64,000 nt of DNA from Clostridia bacterium. GTDB lineage: Bacteria; Bacillota; Clostridia; Christensenellales; Borkfalkiaceae. Position 1 is the stretch's first letter, and the number at the start of each line of letters is the position of its first letter. The notes under the pieces are model-generated. The model ran no database searches, was not told the DNA's origin, and worked only from the letters and a program-made list of their open reading frames with translations. The stretch covers positions 149,761 through 213,760 of the forward strand of contig CAAGJM010000035.1 of the NCBI GenBank assembly GCA_900770185.1, given 5' to 3'. The translations under genes were made by a program, and so were the position numbers. Below are positions 9,574-17,769 of this stretch, one piece after another.

Positions 9574-10038
9574 TCAGTCGGTCAAATCGGCGTAAGTCGC
9601 GCCGACGTAGCTTAGCAAACTTTCGGGGTTCAACTTTATCTGTTTGCCCCTTTTACCTGCGGAAACGCAGATGTTTTCGGATAAAACAGCCGTTTCGTCC
9701 ATGAAAGTTTTAAACGGCTTTTTCATCCCTATCGGCGAACATCCGCCGTGAATATACCCCGTAAGCGGCAATAAATCTTTCTGCTTTAACATTTCAACGC
9801 TCTTTTCGCCCGCCGCTTTCGCCGCCTTTTTTAAATTAAGCGTGGCGTTTACGGGGATAACGAACACGAAATGCTCTCTGCTTGCGCCTACCGTCACAAG
9901 AGTTTTGAAAACGGAATTTTCATCTTCGCCGATAAGGCGGGCAACTTCCTTGCCGTCGGTTATCTCTTCGTTATATTCATGGGTTTGATATTCGATTTTT
10001 GCGGCGTCCAAAAGACGCATAACGTTAGTCTTTTCCAT
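9574..10038 (-). CDS. ybaK: YbaK/EbsC-family Cys-tRNA(Pro)/aminoacyl-tRNA deacylase
   Basis: ..RLLDAAKIEYQTHEY..KTLV.. and GYIHGGCSPIG are typical YbaK blocks. The likely start is the Met of MEKTNVMRLL at 10038 rather than the track start at 10089. Confidence 0.75.
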   Translation of the reverse strand: MEKTNVMRLLDAAKIEYQTHEYNEEITDGKEVARLIGEDENSVFKTLVTVGASREHFVFVIPVNATLNLKKAAKAAGEKSVEMLKQKDLLPLTGYIHGGCSPIGMKKPFKTFMDETAVLSENICVSAGKRGKQIKLNPESLLSYVGATYADLTD

Positions 10039-10936
10039 AACTATTACCATAAACGGTTTTAAACATATACTCGGCATAGGCTTTCGCAACGTTTACGCCG
10101 CTGACCTTTTCCATAACGCTGAAAAAGGCATTGGAATTCGCTTCGCAAAAAATCGGCTCGCCGCTTTCGCCGAACAATAAGTCGATACCCATATAGTCAA
10201 GGTCGAGCGCGGCGGCAACGGTTTCGGCAACGTTGATAAAACTTTCGGGCGGCGTAAAACTTTCGCCCGTGCCGCCGAGCGCGGCGTTCGAGCGGAAGTC
10301 TGATTTCGATACGCGCTTCATTGCGCATAAGTATTTTTTGCCCACGGTTATTATCCTTACGTCTACGCCTTCGGACGAAGATATAAACTCCTGAAACAAC
10401 GCTTTTTCGCGCTTATAAATATTAGCTAAGGTCAGAAGGTCTTCTTTCGTTTTTGCTAAAAACACGCCTTTACCGAGCGAACTGAAACATAATTTTACGA
10501 CCACGGGAAGCCCCAAATAGTCGATGACGGGCGCAATATCGCCCTCTGTTATAACGGCGTTTTGGTTATAACACAGCGGGAAAGCAACCGTCTTCGGCAT
10601 CTTTACGCCTAAGCCCGATAGCTTGAGGTGAGTGAGCATTTTATCGTCGCACGCACTTATAGCCGCAATTTTGTTAAACGCCCGTATATTAAACTTTTCA
10701 ATCGCTTCGCCCGCGTACAAATCTTTATCTAAATTTACGACGAAGTCGTACGGTAAGCAAGCGTCCGCACGCCCGTCGTTATTTATGCGAATTTTGTACG
10801 CGAGCGTGCCTATCTCCGTCGATACGCCCAACGCTTCGAGTTCTTGTCGGATCCGATTAGCCTGATAATTTTGCGACGGGTTATCCGCATATAAATTCAC
10901 GTTTATAAACGCGCGTTTTTTATAACACTTTCTCAT
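10025..10936 (-). CDS. RimK-family ATP-grasp alpha-L-glutamate ligase-like protein
   Basis: ATP-grasp blocks VVVKL..SLGKGVFLA, DVRIITVG, DFRSNAALGG and DYMGIDLLF align to E. coli RimK. Confidence 0.75.
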   Translation of the reverse strand: MRKCYKKRAFINVNLYADNPSQNYQANRIRQELEALGVSTEIGTLAYKIRINNDGRADACLPYDFVVNLDKDLYAGEAIEKFNIRAFNKIAAISACDDKMLTHLKLSGLGVKMPKTVAFPLCYNQNAVITEGDIAPVIDYLGLPVVVKLCFSSLGKGVFLAKTKEDLLTLANIYKREKALFQEFISSSEGVDVRIITVGKKYLCAMKRVSKSDFRSNAALGGTGESFTPPESFINVAETVAAALDLDYMGIDLLFGESGEPIFCEANSNAFFSVMEKVSGVNVAKAYAEYMFKTVYGNSYGKD

Positions 10937-11852
10937 AGTCTTGCGTGGTTAATTTAAGTTCGTAATCGAACGTAATGCGTAAGTCGGCGCTACCGTTATA
11001 TCTGAAATACACTTTATACCCGTCGCCGTCGGCGCGCAAAAGGGCAACTCCGTCATACTCGTTCACTCTGCCGTCCGCAAAACAGACTTTTATTTTTACC
11101 GACCCGCCGTCAAGCGTTACGACGATATAATTCACGTTAGCCGAATGTTTTTGTTCGTAAGTACCGTCAAACGAATTTATATCGACGGGATAATCGCTTT
11201 CGGTTAAACTTTCACCCTTTTTAAATTTATAAACCCGAAGAATTTGCTTGCCGCCCGAAACGGATTCTTTAAGCAAAACGAGTTCGCCGTTCAAAAACTC
11301 GAACTTAAAAATTTCGCCGTACTTTTTTTCAACCGTGTTAAGCGACGAAAAATAGTAATAATCGACCTTTAAAGTTTTGTCCGCAACGCTGAAAACGCCT
11401 TTTTTATCCGCCCTGCCGCCGAAATTAAGATAAACGGCGTTGTCGTTTAACACGGTTACATTATATTTAGCGGTTGAAAATTCGCTTTCGGGGTCGTTTT
11501 GGTCTGCCGCCGATACGGTTTTAACGATTACCCCGTCCTCAACCAAAACGTGTTCGCTTAAATAATAGGTGCCGAAGTAGTTTGACGGCAACGCTTTATC
11601 ATAAACGGGAGCATAAGCGGTACTGTCCGAAGCATCGCCACCGCTATTATCGGAATTATCTTCGCGACCGCCGCCCCCGCCGCCATTATTATCGTTATCG
11701 CCGCCGGTATCGCTTTTATCGTTCGTTTCGCCGCTTCCGCCGTTATTCCCTATCCCCGCGTTTTCGCCGGCAGGCGCTTTGTCGCACGCGGTAAACGCGG
11801 CGCAAGCAAACAAAAACAGCGCCGACAGGCAAATTATTAAAAAATTTTTCAT
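10920..11852 (-). CDS. lipoprotein with Gly/Asn/Asp-rich linker and a beta-rich C-terminal domain
   Basis: Signal peptide plus lipobox (LFACAAFTAC). The stop overlaps the ATP-grasp start. Confidence 0.6.
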   Translation of the reverse strand: MKNFLIICLSALFLFACAAFTACDKAPAGENAGIGNNGGSGETNDKSDTGGDNDNNGGGGGGREDNSDNSGGDASDSTAYAPVYDKALPSNYFGTYYLSEHVLVEDGVIVKTVSAADQNDPESEFSTAKYNVTVLNDNAVYLNFGGRADKKGVFSVADKTLKVDYYYFSSLNTVEKKYGEIFKFEFLNGELVLLKESVSGGKQILRVYKFKKGESLTESDYPVDINSFDGTYEQKHSANVNYIVVTLDGGSVKIKVCFADGRVNEYDGVALLRADGDGYKVYFRYNGSADLRITFDYELKLTTQDYEKVL

Positions 11853-11858
11853 ACCGTA

Positions 11859-12050
11859 TCACCTTAAAATGAAAGAATTCGTTTTTTCGTCGTAAAAATA
11901 GCCGTTTTCGTTAAGCAATTTTTGAGCGGGCGCAAAATCTAAATCTTCGCCGTAAATAAGATCTTCGAGCGAACCGTACTCGTCGCGAAGCGCCGTATTT
12001 ATAACGCTTAGCAATATAGACGGGTCTTTAATGTTCTGAACGTTCATCAT
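11859..12050 (-). CDS. DUF4250-like small protein
   Basis: 63 aa. The LLSVINTALRDEYGSLEDL...NGYFYDEKTNSF pattern resembles the DUF4250 family found in Clostridia. Confidence 0.5.
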   Translation of the reverse strand: MMNVQNIKDPSILLSVINTALRDEYGSLEDLIYGEDLDFAPAQKLLNENGYFYDEKTNSFILR

Positions 12051-12212
12051 ATAATGATTTTACCACATATTCTCGTTTCCGTAAACCGAATTTTTTAAAA
12101 AACGGACTCAAAACCCGAAAAGCAAAACGGTAAGCGGCGAATGGTGAACAATTTAATTGACTTTGTTCAAGTTTTAAGATATTATTAAACGGAATACATT
12201 CGAGGCGGATAA

Positions 12213-13106
12213 ATGAAGCACGTTTTTATAATCAACCCGATTGCGGGTATCGTAAGCCAAAAAGATTTTATCATAAGCGAACTTAACGAGTTTAAGAACG
12301 ATTACGATATAGAATATCACGTTACGACCCATGAAAAAGAAGCCATCGGGTTTATTAAAAAATATCTTGAAAATTATGCGGGCGAAGTCCGTTTTTACGC
12401 TTGCGGCGGGGACGGAACGCTTAACGAAACGGTCAACGCAACGTTCGGGCGGGAAAACGCAAGCGTTAGCGTCTACCCTTGCGGAAGCGGAAACGATTTC
12501 GTAAAGTCAATCGGCGGTGCCGAAAAATATCTCAATATAAAAAGCCTTTTAAACGCCGAAAATCAAAAGATAGACTTATTGTGCGTGAACGGCGTTTATT
12601 GCGTAAACGTTTGCAACGTCGGTTTCGACGCAAACGTCTGCAAAATCGCAAACGACGTTAAGGGTAAGTCGGACAATCCTTATAAAACCGGGCTTATACG
12701 CGCAATATTTAAAGGCGCGCTAAGAAATAAAGTTACCGTTGTAGCCGATAACGAGAAACTTAACGAAAACGGCAAACTCCTTCTCTGCTCTATCGCAAAC
12801 GGGCAATACATCGGCGGAAAATATAAATGCGCGCCTTACGCCGAGATAGACGACGGGCTTATTGACGTTTGTCTGATAAAGACGATGAGTTTGTTTAAAT
12901 TCATATCTCTCGTTCCGAGTTATGAGCGCGGCGAACATATCGGGCACAAACGCACGGTCGGCAAGGTTTTGCACAGAACCGCTAAAACCGTCACGCTAAG
13001 TGCGGCGAAAGACTTCCCCGTGTGTATCGACGGAGAAATAGCCTACGGCAAGAATTTTAAAATCGAGATTCTTAAAAACGCGTTGAGCTTCGGCATCGTC
13101 AAATAA
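12213..13106 (+). CDS. diacylglycerol kinase-family lipid kinase (YegS/DagK-like)
   Basis: MKHVFIINPIAG..., GGDGTLNE motif. Promoter TTGACT-17-TATTAT at about 12150-12180. Confidence 0.8.
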   Translation: MKHVFIINPIAGIVSQKDFIISELNEFKNDYDIEYHVTTHEKEAIGFIKKYLENYAGEVRFYACGGDGTLNETVNATFGRENASVSVYPCGSGNDFVKSIGGAEKYLNIKSLLNAENQKIDLLCVNGVYCVNVCNVGFDANVCKIANDVKGKSDNPYKTGLIRAIFKGALRNKVTVVADNEKLNENGKLLLCSIANGQYIGGKYKCAPYAEIDDGLIDVCLIKTMSLFKFISLVPSYERGEHIGHKRTVGKVLHRTAKTVTLSAAKDFPVCIDGEIAYGKNFKIEILKNALSFGIVK

Positions 13107-13119
13107 CTTAAAAAGCAAA

Positions 13120-13146
13120 AATCTCGGCAATTTGCCGAGATTTTTA
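13120..13146. terminator. bidirectional terminator between the dagK-like gene (+) and the nucleoside hydrolase gene (-)
   Basis: TCTCGGCAA / TTGCCGAGA stem followed by a T-run. Confidence 0.65.
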
Positions 13147-13159
13147 TTGTCGAAAATTA

Positions 13160-14101
13160 TTATAAAGTTAAAATTTTGTTTATCAAATCGTTCATTAGTT
13201 CGTCGCGCTTAATATAAATCGCGGTTTTCGTCGTTTTATCGGTCGGCGGCTCGAACTCGTAGCTTCCGTCAGCCAGCGGTCGGCGCAAGGGCGTATCTTT
13301 AACGAGCATAAATTTGTCGCCGTCGTTTAAAAGATACGCTACGGGCGTAACGTCCCATATAACCCTCGTCCAGTCGGTGCCGTAAGCGTAAGAGTCGGCG
13401 GCTTTTATAGTCGTTTCCGCAAGATAATTGCCGATTTTGTTTTTATTCAGCAAAAACCGTTCCAGTTCAGGCTTGGATATTCTGAATTCGCTCACCGCCC
13501 CGTCGCACGGAAACCGCACGAAGTCGGAAATTTTACTCATAACGACCCTTGCCGCGAAAATATCCTGCATCATATTGAATTCGTAAGCGGGCTTCGGCAT
13601 AAATTCGGCGTGCCCGCCAAGCCAGATTAAGCGAATTTTATCGCGTATTTCGGGGTTTAACAAAACGGCGGAGGCAACGTTCGTTATCGCGCCGATAGCT
13701 ATGACGTTCAAGGGATTATCGCTTGTGTAACCCATTGCGCGCGACGCTAAATCTTGCGCCGCTGCCGATATAACGGGGGTTGATTCGTCTTTTAAGTACC
13801 CGTTTGAGCCTTTAAAAGTCTTTTCGACCAAATCGCCCCGCCCGCACATTTTCAAAAGCTTTTTTATTTCCTCATAACTTTTTATCATTCCGTCTTCGGG
13901 TGAAACGGAATTAGAGTTAAAAAATGGCGCGGCGTATAAAGCGACGGTATTAAGTTTATCTCCGTTTGCAAGAAGATAAGATATTGCAAATTGGTCGTCG
14001 ATTTCGTTAAACGCATCAGTGTCTATAACAACGTTTTTTATCATGTCAGCAACCACCGAAAATTTTTTATAAATTGTAACATGCTCCAAAGGATACTTCA
14101 A
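13160..14101 (-). CDS. inosine-uridine-preferring nucleoside hydrolase
   Basis: The DTDAFNEIDD motif (DxDxxxDD) is the IU-NH signature. The true start may be MIKNVVIDTD at about 14047. Confidence 0.8.
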   Translation of the reverse strand: MKYPLEHVTIYKKFSVVADMIKNVVIDTDAFNEIDDQFAISYLLANGDKLNTVALYAAPFFNSNSVSPEDGMIKSYEEIKKLLKMCGRGDLVEKTFKGSNGYLKDESTPVISAAAQDLASRAMGYTSDNPLNVIAIGAITNVASAVLLNPEIRDKIRLIWLGGHAEFMPKPAYEFNMMQDIFAARVVMSKISDFVRFPCDGAVSEFRISKPELERFLLNKNKIGNYLAETTIKAADSYAYGTDWTRVIWDVTPVAYLLNDGDKFMLVKDTPLRRPLADGSYEFEPPTDKTTKTAIYIKRDELMNDLINKILTL

Positions 14102-14120
14102 GCGGTTTTTAAAAAATCAC

Positions 14121-14162
14121 AAAAAAACTCGGCTGTGCGAAAAACGCAGCCGAGTTTTTTAT
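14121..14162. terminator. bidirectional rho-independent terminator
   Basis: ACTCGGCTG / CAGCCGAGT stem with flanking A6 and T7 runs. It terminates trxA on the minus strand. Confidence 0.7.
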
Positions 14163-14175
14163 TCCGTAGAAGCAA

Positions 14176-14502
14176 TTATATATATTTTATAAGCATTTCG
14201 GCAAGTTCCGCTTTCGTAGTTAAGCCGACGGTCGATTCTTTAAGTTCGCCGTTCACAAAAACCGCCAGAAACGGAATACTCATAACGTTATACTTTATAG
14301 CAAGCTCTTCGCTTTCGTCAACGTTCACTTTTGCAACGAGAATTTTTTCGCCGAGTTCGTCGGCTATCTCGTTCAAAACGGGGGCTTGCATCCTGCAAGG
14401 ACTGCACCACGCCGCCCAGAAGTCAACCAAAACGGGAACTTTGCTTTCCTTAATCGTTTTTTCAAAATCGAAACCGTTAAGTTCCAAAATTTTATCGCTC
14501 AT
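14176..14502 (-). CDS. trxA: thioredoxin
   Basis: WAAWCSPCRM active site (CxxC), 108 aa, thioredoxin-like overall. Confidence 0.85.
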   Translation of the reverse strand: MSDKILELNGFDFEKTIKESKVPVLVDFWAAWCSPCRMQAPVLNEIADELGEKILVAKVNVDESEELAIKYNVMSIPFLAVFVNGELKESTVGLTTKAELAEMLIKYI

Positions 14503-14616
14503 AGTACCTCCGATTGTATTTTGCGCAAAATCATCGCAAAAATACCTGTCTTATTTTATCACGCGGGAATCACGCGCCGTTAGTCGAGCGCAAACGTAAA
14601 TTCCCGCCCGACTTAG

Positions 14617-15861
14617 TTAAAAATTAAAATCGGCAACCCCGTCAAGCGTGATATCCGCGACAGAGCCGTCGCTCATGCGTTTGAGTTTTGCGTTTCCGCT
14701 TGCAACCTCGTCGTCGCCTATCGCCAAAACGTACTCCGCGTTGATTTTGTCGGCATACTTAAACTGCGCCTTAAACCCGCGCCCCATGTGGTCGATTTCC
14801 GTCTTAACGCCTTTTTTGCGAAGCCTGTCCGCAATTTTAAGCGCAATGACCTTCGCTTCGTCGCCAAGCGCGGCAATATAAAGTTTAACGGGGGGTTCTT
14901 CAGGAATTTTAACCCCTTCCGCTTCCATAAGCATAAGTACGCGTTCAAGCCCCATTCCGAAGCCTACGCCCGGGGTGGGTTTGCCGCCGATTTGTTCGAT
15001 AAGCCCGTCGTACCTGCCGCCGCCGCAAACGGTGCCTTGCGAGCCGAGAGCCGTCGTCACGAACTCGAAAACCGTTTTGGTATAATAATCGAGCCCTCTG
15101 ACGATATAGGGGTTAATATTGTATCTAAGCCCGACCGCTTCAAGGTTTTTTTGAAGACCCTTAAAATGCGCGGCGCAATCGTCGCACAAGTAATCGGTGA
15201 TTTTGGGCGCGTCTAAACACAACTTTTTACAACCCTCTTCTTTACAGTCGAGTATTCGTAAGGGGTTTTTATAATACCTTTCGCGGCAAGTTTCGCAAAG
15301 GCAGTCAAGCCTATCGGCAAAATAGGTTTTAAGCGCGTCGTTGTAAGTTTTGCGACAGGTTTTGCAGCCCATACTGTTTATGTTAAGCTCAACCGACAAG
15401 CCGAGTTTAGTTAAAACGGTGTGCGCAAGAGTTATGACTTCGGCGTCAACGGACGGATTTTCCGCTCCGTAAAACTCAACGCCGAACTGGTGATGTTCGC
15501 GGAGCCTGCCTGCCTGCGGTCGCTCATACCTGAAAACGGGGGTTATATAGTACATTTTGAGCGGAAGCGCGGTGTTTAAGAGCCCGTTTTCGATAAACGC
15601 GCGAGCAACGCCCGCCGTCCCCTCGGGTTTTAAAGTAATACTGCGCTTGCCTTTGTCTAAAAAAGTGTACATTTCTTTGTTGACGATATCGGTCGTATCG
15701 CCGACGCCGCGCAAAAACAGTTCCGTATGCTCGAACGTCGGGGTACGAATCTCTTTCGCGTTGAACGCGTCCGCAACGCTTCTGACAAGATTTTCAATGT
15801 AGTGCCATTTGTAACTTTCTTCGGGCAATACGTCTTTCGTGCCTTTCGGGATATTTATCAT
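14617..15861 (-). CDS. hisS: histidine--tRNA ligase
   Basis: MINIPKGTKDVLPEESYKW.. N-terminus and class II aaRS motifs (FRYERPQAGRLREHHQ). Confidence 0.95.
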   Translation of the reverse strand: MINIPKGTKDVLPEESYKWHYIENLVRSVADAFNAKEIRTPTFEHTELFLRGVGDTTDIVNKEMYTFLDKGKRSITLKPEGTAGVARAFIENGLLNTALPLKMYYITPVFRYERPQAGRLREHHQFGVEFYGAENPSVDAEVITLAHTVLTKLGLSVELNINSMGCKTCRKTYNDALKTYFADRLDCLCETCRERYYKNPLRILDCKEEGCKKLCLDAPKITDYLCDDCAAHFKGLQKNLEAVGLRYNINPYIVRGLDYYTKTVFEFVTTALGSQGTVCGGGRYDGLIEQIGGKPTPGVGFGMGLERVLMLMEAEGVKIPEEPPVKLYIAALGDEAKVIALKIADRLRKKGVKTEIDHMGRGFKAQFKYADKINAEYVLAIGDDEVASGNAKLKRMSDGSVADITLDGVADFNF

Positions 15862-15890
15862 AAATCACCTTTGCCCTGAAAGGGCGTTTT

Positions 15891-17195
15891 TTAAAGAATA
15901 TATTTTTTAAGATTGCGACTTGCGGCGTCCGGCAAATGGTCGCTGACGTACTGCTTATCGACGGTTACCTCGGTAAGCGGAATTTCGTCGCTTGCATTGA
16001 AAGATATATCTTCAAGCAAGTTTTCGATAACGGCGTGAAGCCTGCGCGCGCCGATATCTTCGCTCGCAGCGTTTTGTTCTGCGGCGACTTCGGCAATGGA
16101 ATCTATCGCGTCGGCGGTGAATTTTATATCGACGTTATCTACGAGCAGTAAGTTTTTATACTGAATGGTAATAGCGTTTGCGGGCATCGTCAAAATATTT
16201 ACGAAATCTTCCTTCGATAAACTAGTAAGTTCAACCTTAACGGGGAACCTGCCCTGAAGTTCGGGGATTAAATCTTCGACCTTTGAAACGTGAAACGCGC
16301 CCGCCGCGATAAACAAAATGTAGTCGGTTTTAATCGCGCCGTACTTCGTCATAACGGTGCACCCTTCGACAATCGGTAAAATATCGCGCTGAACGCCCTC
16401 GCGGGAAACGTCTGCCCCGCCGTGATTTGATTTTGCGGCGATTTTGTCGATTTCGTCAATAAAAATTATACCGTCCTGTTCGGCGCGGCGAAGACCTTCC
16501 GTATTAACGGCGTCTTCGTCGATAAGTTTATCGCTTTCTTCGTTCGTGATGTAATTAAGGGCTTCCTTAACGGTTAGCTTACGCTTTTTTTGGCGCTTGG
16601 GGAGCATATCGCCGAAAATAGAGCCGATATTTATTTCCGCGCCGCCCACGCCTAAATCGAGTTGTTTAGGCGAATCGTCAACAAGCATTTCGATAACGGT
16701 TTTATCAAACTTCCCCTCGCGCAAGTCGTTTAAAATTTTGCTTTCAAAAAGTTCTTTCGGTTCTTCTCCGCGTTCGCCCGCTTTTAATTCGAGCAAAAGT
16801 TTGTAAACTTTTTTTTCGGCAATCGCTTTCGCTTTGCCGGAAACGGTCTTCATCTGCTCTTCTTTAACGAGGCGAATACTGCACTCGACTAAATCGCGCA
16901 CCATAGACTCTACGTCGCGCCCGACGTAGCCGACTTCGGTATATTTGGTCGCCTCGACTTTAATAAACGGCGCGCCGACGATTTTTGCAAGCCTCCTTGC
17001 AATTTCGGTTTTGCCTACTCCCGTAGGGCCTTTCATTATAATGTTTTTAGGGGTAATTTCGTCGCGGAGCGCGGGGGATAATTTACTGCGCCTGTAACGA
17101 TTCCTGAGCGATATTGCAACCGCGCGTTTTGCGGCGTTTTGCCCGATAATATACTTATCAAGTTCGTTTACGATTTCTCTCGGAGATAAACTCAT
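15891..17195 (-). CDS. hslU: ATP-dependent protease ATPase subunit HslU
   Basis: PREIV..LDKYIIGQ..AKRAVAIALRNRYRR and a GPTGVGKTEIARRLA Walker A. Confidence 0.95.
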   Translation of the reverse strand: MSLSPREIVNELDKYIIGQNAAKRAVAISLRNRYRRSKLSPALRDEITPKNIIMKGPTGVGKTEIARRLAKIVGAPFIKVEATKYTEVGYVGRDVESMVRDLVECSIRLVKEEQMKTVSGKAKAIAEKKVYKLLLELKAGERGEEPKELFESKILNDLREGKFDKTVIEMLVDDSPKQLDLGVGGAEINIGSIFGDMLPKRQKKRKLTVKEALNYITNEESDKLIDEDAVNTEGLRRAEQDGIIFIDEIDKIAAKSNHGGADVSREGVQRDILPIVEGCTVMTKYGAIKTDYILFIAAGAFHVSKVEDLIPELQGRFPVKVELTSLSKEDFVNILTMPANAITIQYKNLLLVDNVDIKFTADAIDSIAEVAAEQNAASEDIGARRLHAVIENLLEDISFNASDEIPLTEVTVDKQYVSDHLPDAASRNLKKYIL

Positions 17196-17207
17196 ACATA
17201 TTCCTCC

Positions 17208-17747
17208 TTAAACCTTTTCCACTATTATGTGGTCGTTCGTGAAAACGCAGATTTCGCTTGCGATTTTAAGTGCTTTTTCAGCGATTTTATCTGCGGGATA
17301 ATCGGTTTCCAGATAAAGCGCGCGCGCCGCCGCCAAAGCGTAATTGCCGCCGCTGCCGATAGCGCACACACCGCCGTCGGGTTCGATAACTTCGCCGCCG
17401 CCCGATACGATTAAAAGGTTATCTTTATCGGCGCAAATCATCATGGCTTCAAGCTTTCTGCCGACTTTATCTTCGCGCCAAAGCTCGGCAAGTTGCACCG
17501 CGCTGCGCATTAAATTACCCGAAAATTTGTTTAACATTTCTTCAAAACGCTCGGTCAAAGTGAACGCGTCGCTGACCGACCCCGCAAAGCCTACGATAAC
17601 TTTGCCGCCGTAAATTCGCCTAACTTTTACCGCGTTGTTTTTAAACACCACCGATTCGCCGAAAGTAACCTGACCGTCGCCCGCAATGGCGGTTTCGCCG
17701 TTCTTTTTTACGGCGCAAATGGTGGTGCCTCTGAATTCGATACTCAT
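17208..17747 (-). CDS. hslV: ATP-dependent protease subunit HslV
   Basis: [30 protein letters not shown], an N-terminal Thr protease signature. Confidence 0.95.
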   Translation of the reverse strand: MSIEFRGTTICAVKKNGETAIAGDGQVTFGESVVFKNNAVKVRRIYGGKVIVGFAGSVSDAFTLTERFEEMLNKFSGNLMRSAVQLAELWREDKVGRKLEAMMICADKDNLLIVSGGGEVIEPDGGVCAIGSGGNYALAAARALYLETDYPADKIAEKALKIASEICVFTNDHIIVEKV

Positions 17748-17769
17748 ATTTCACTCCTTTTAAAATTTA

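Noticed and set aside
11582-11794. 70-aa Arg/Tyr-rich ORF, and similar Arg-rich ORFs at 12479-12661 and 27761-28021
   Set aside because: These are antisense or alternate-frame products over the Gly/Asn/Asp-rich lipoprotein linker or inside well-supported genes. They are compositional artefacts.
14503-15890. T-box leader expected upstream of hisS
   Set aside because: hisS starts 29 nt after the hslU stop, so there is no room for a leader. hisS appears co-transcribed with hslVU here.
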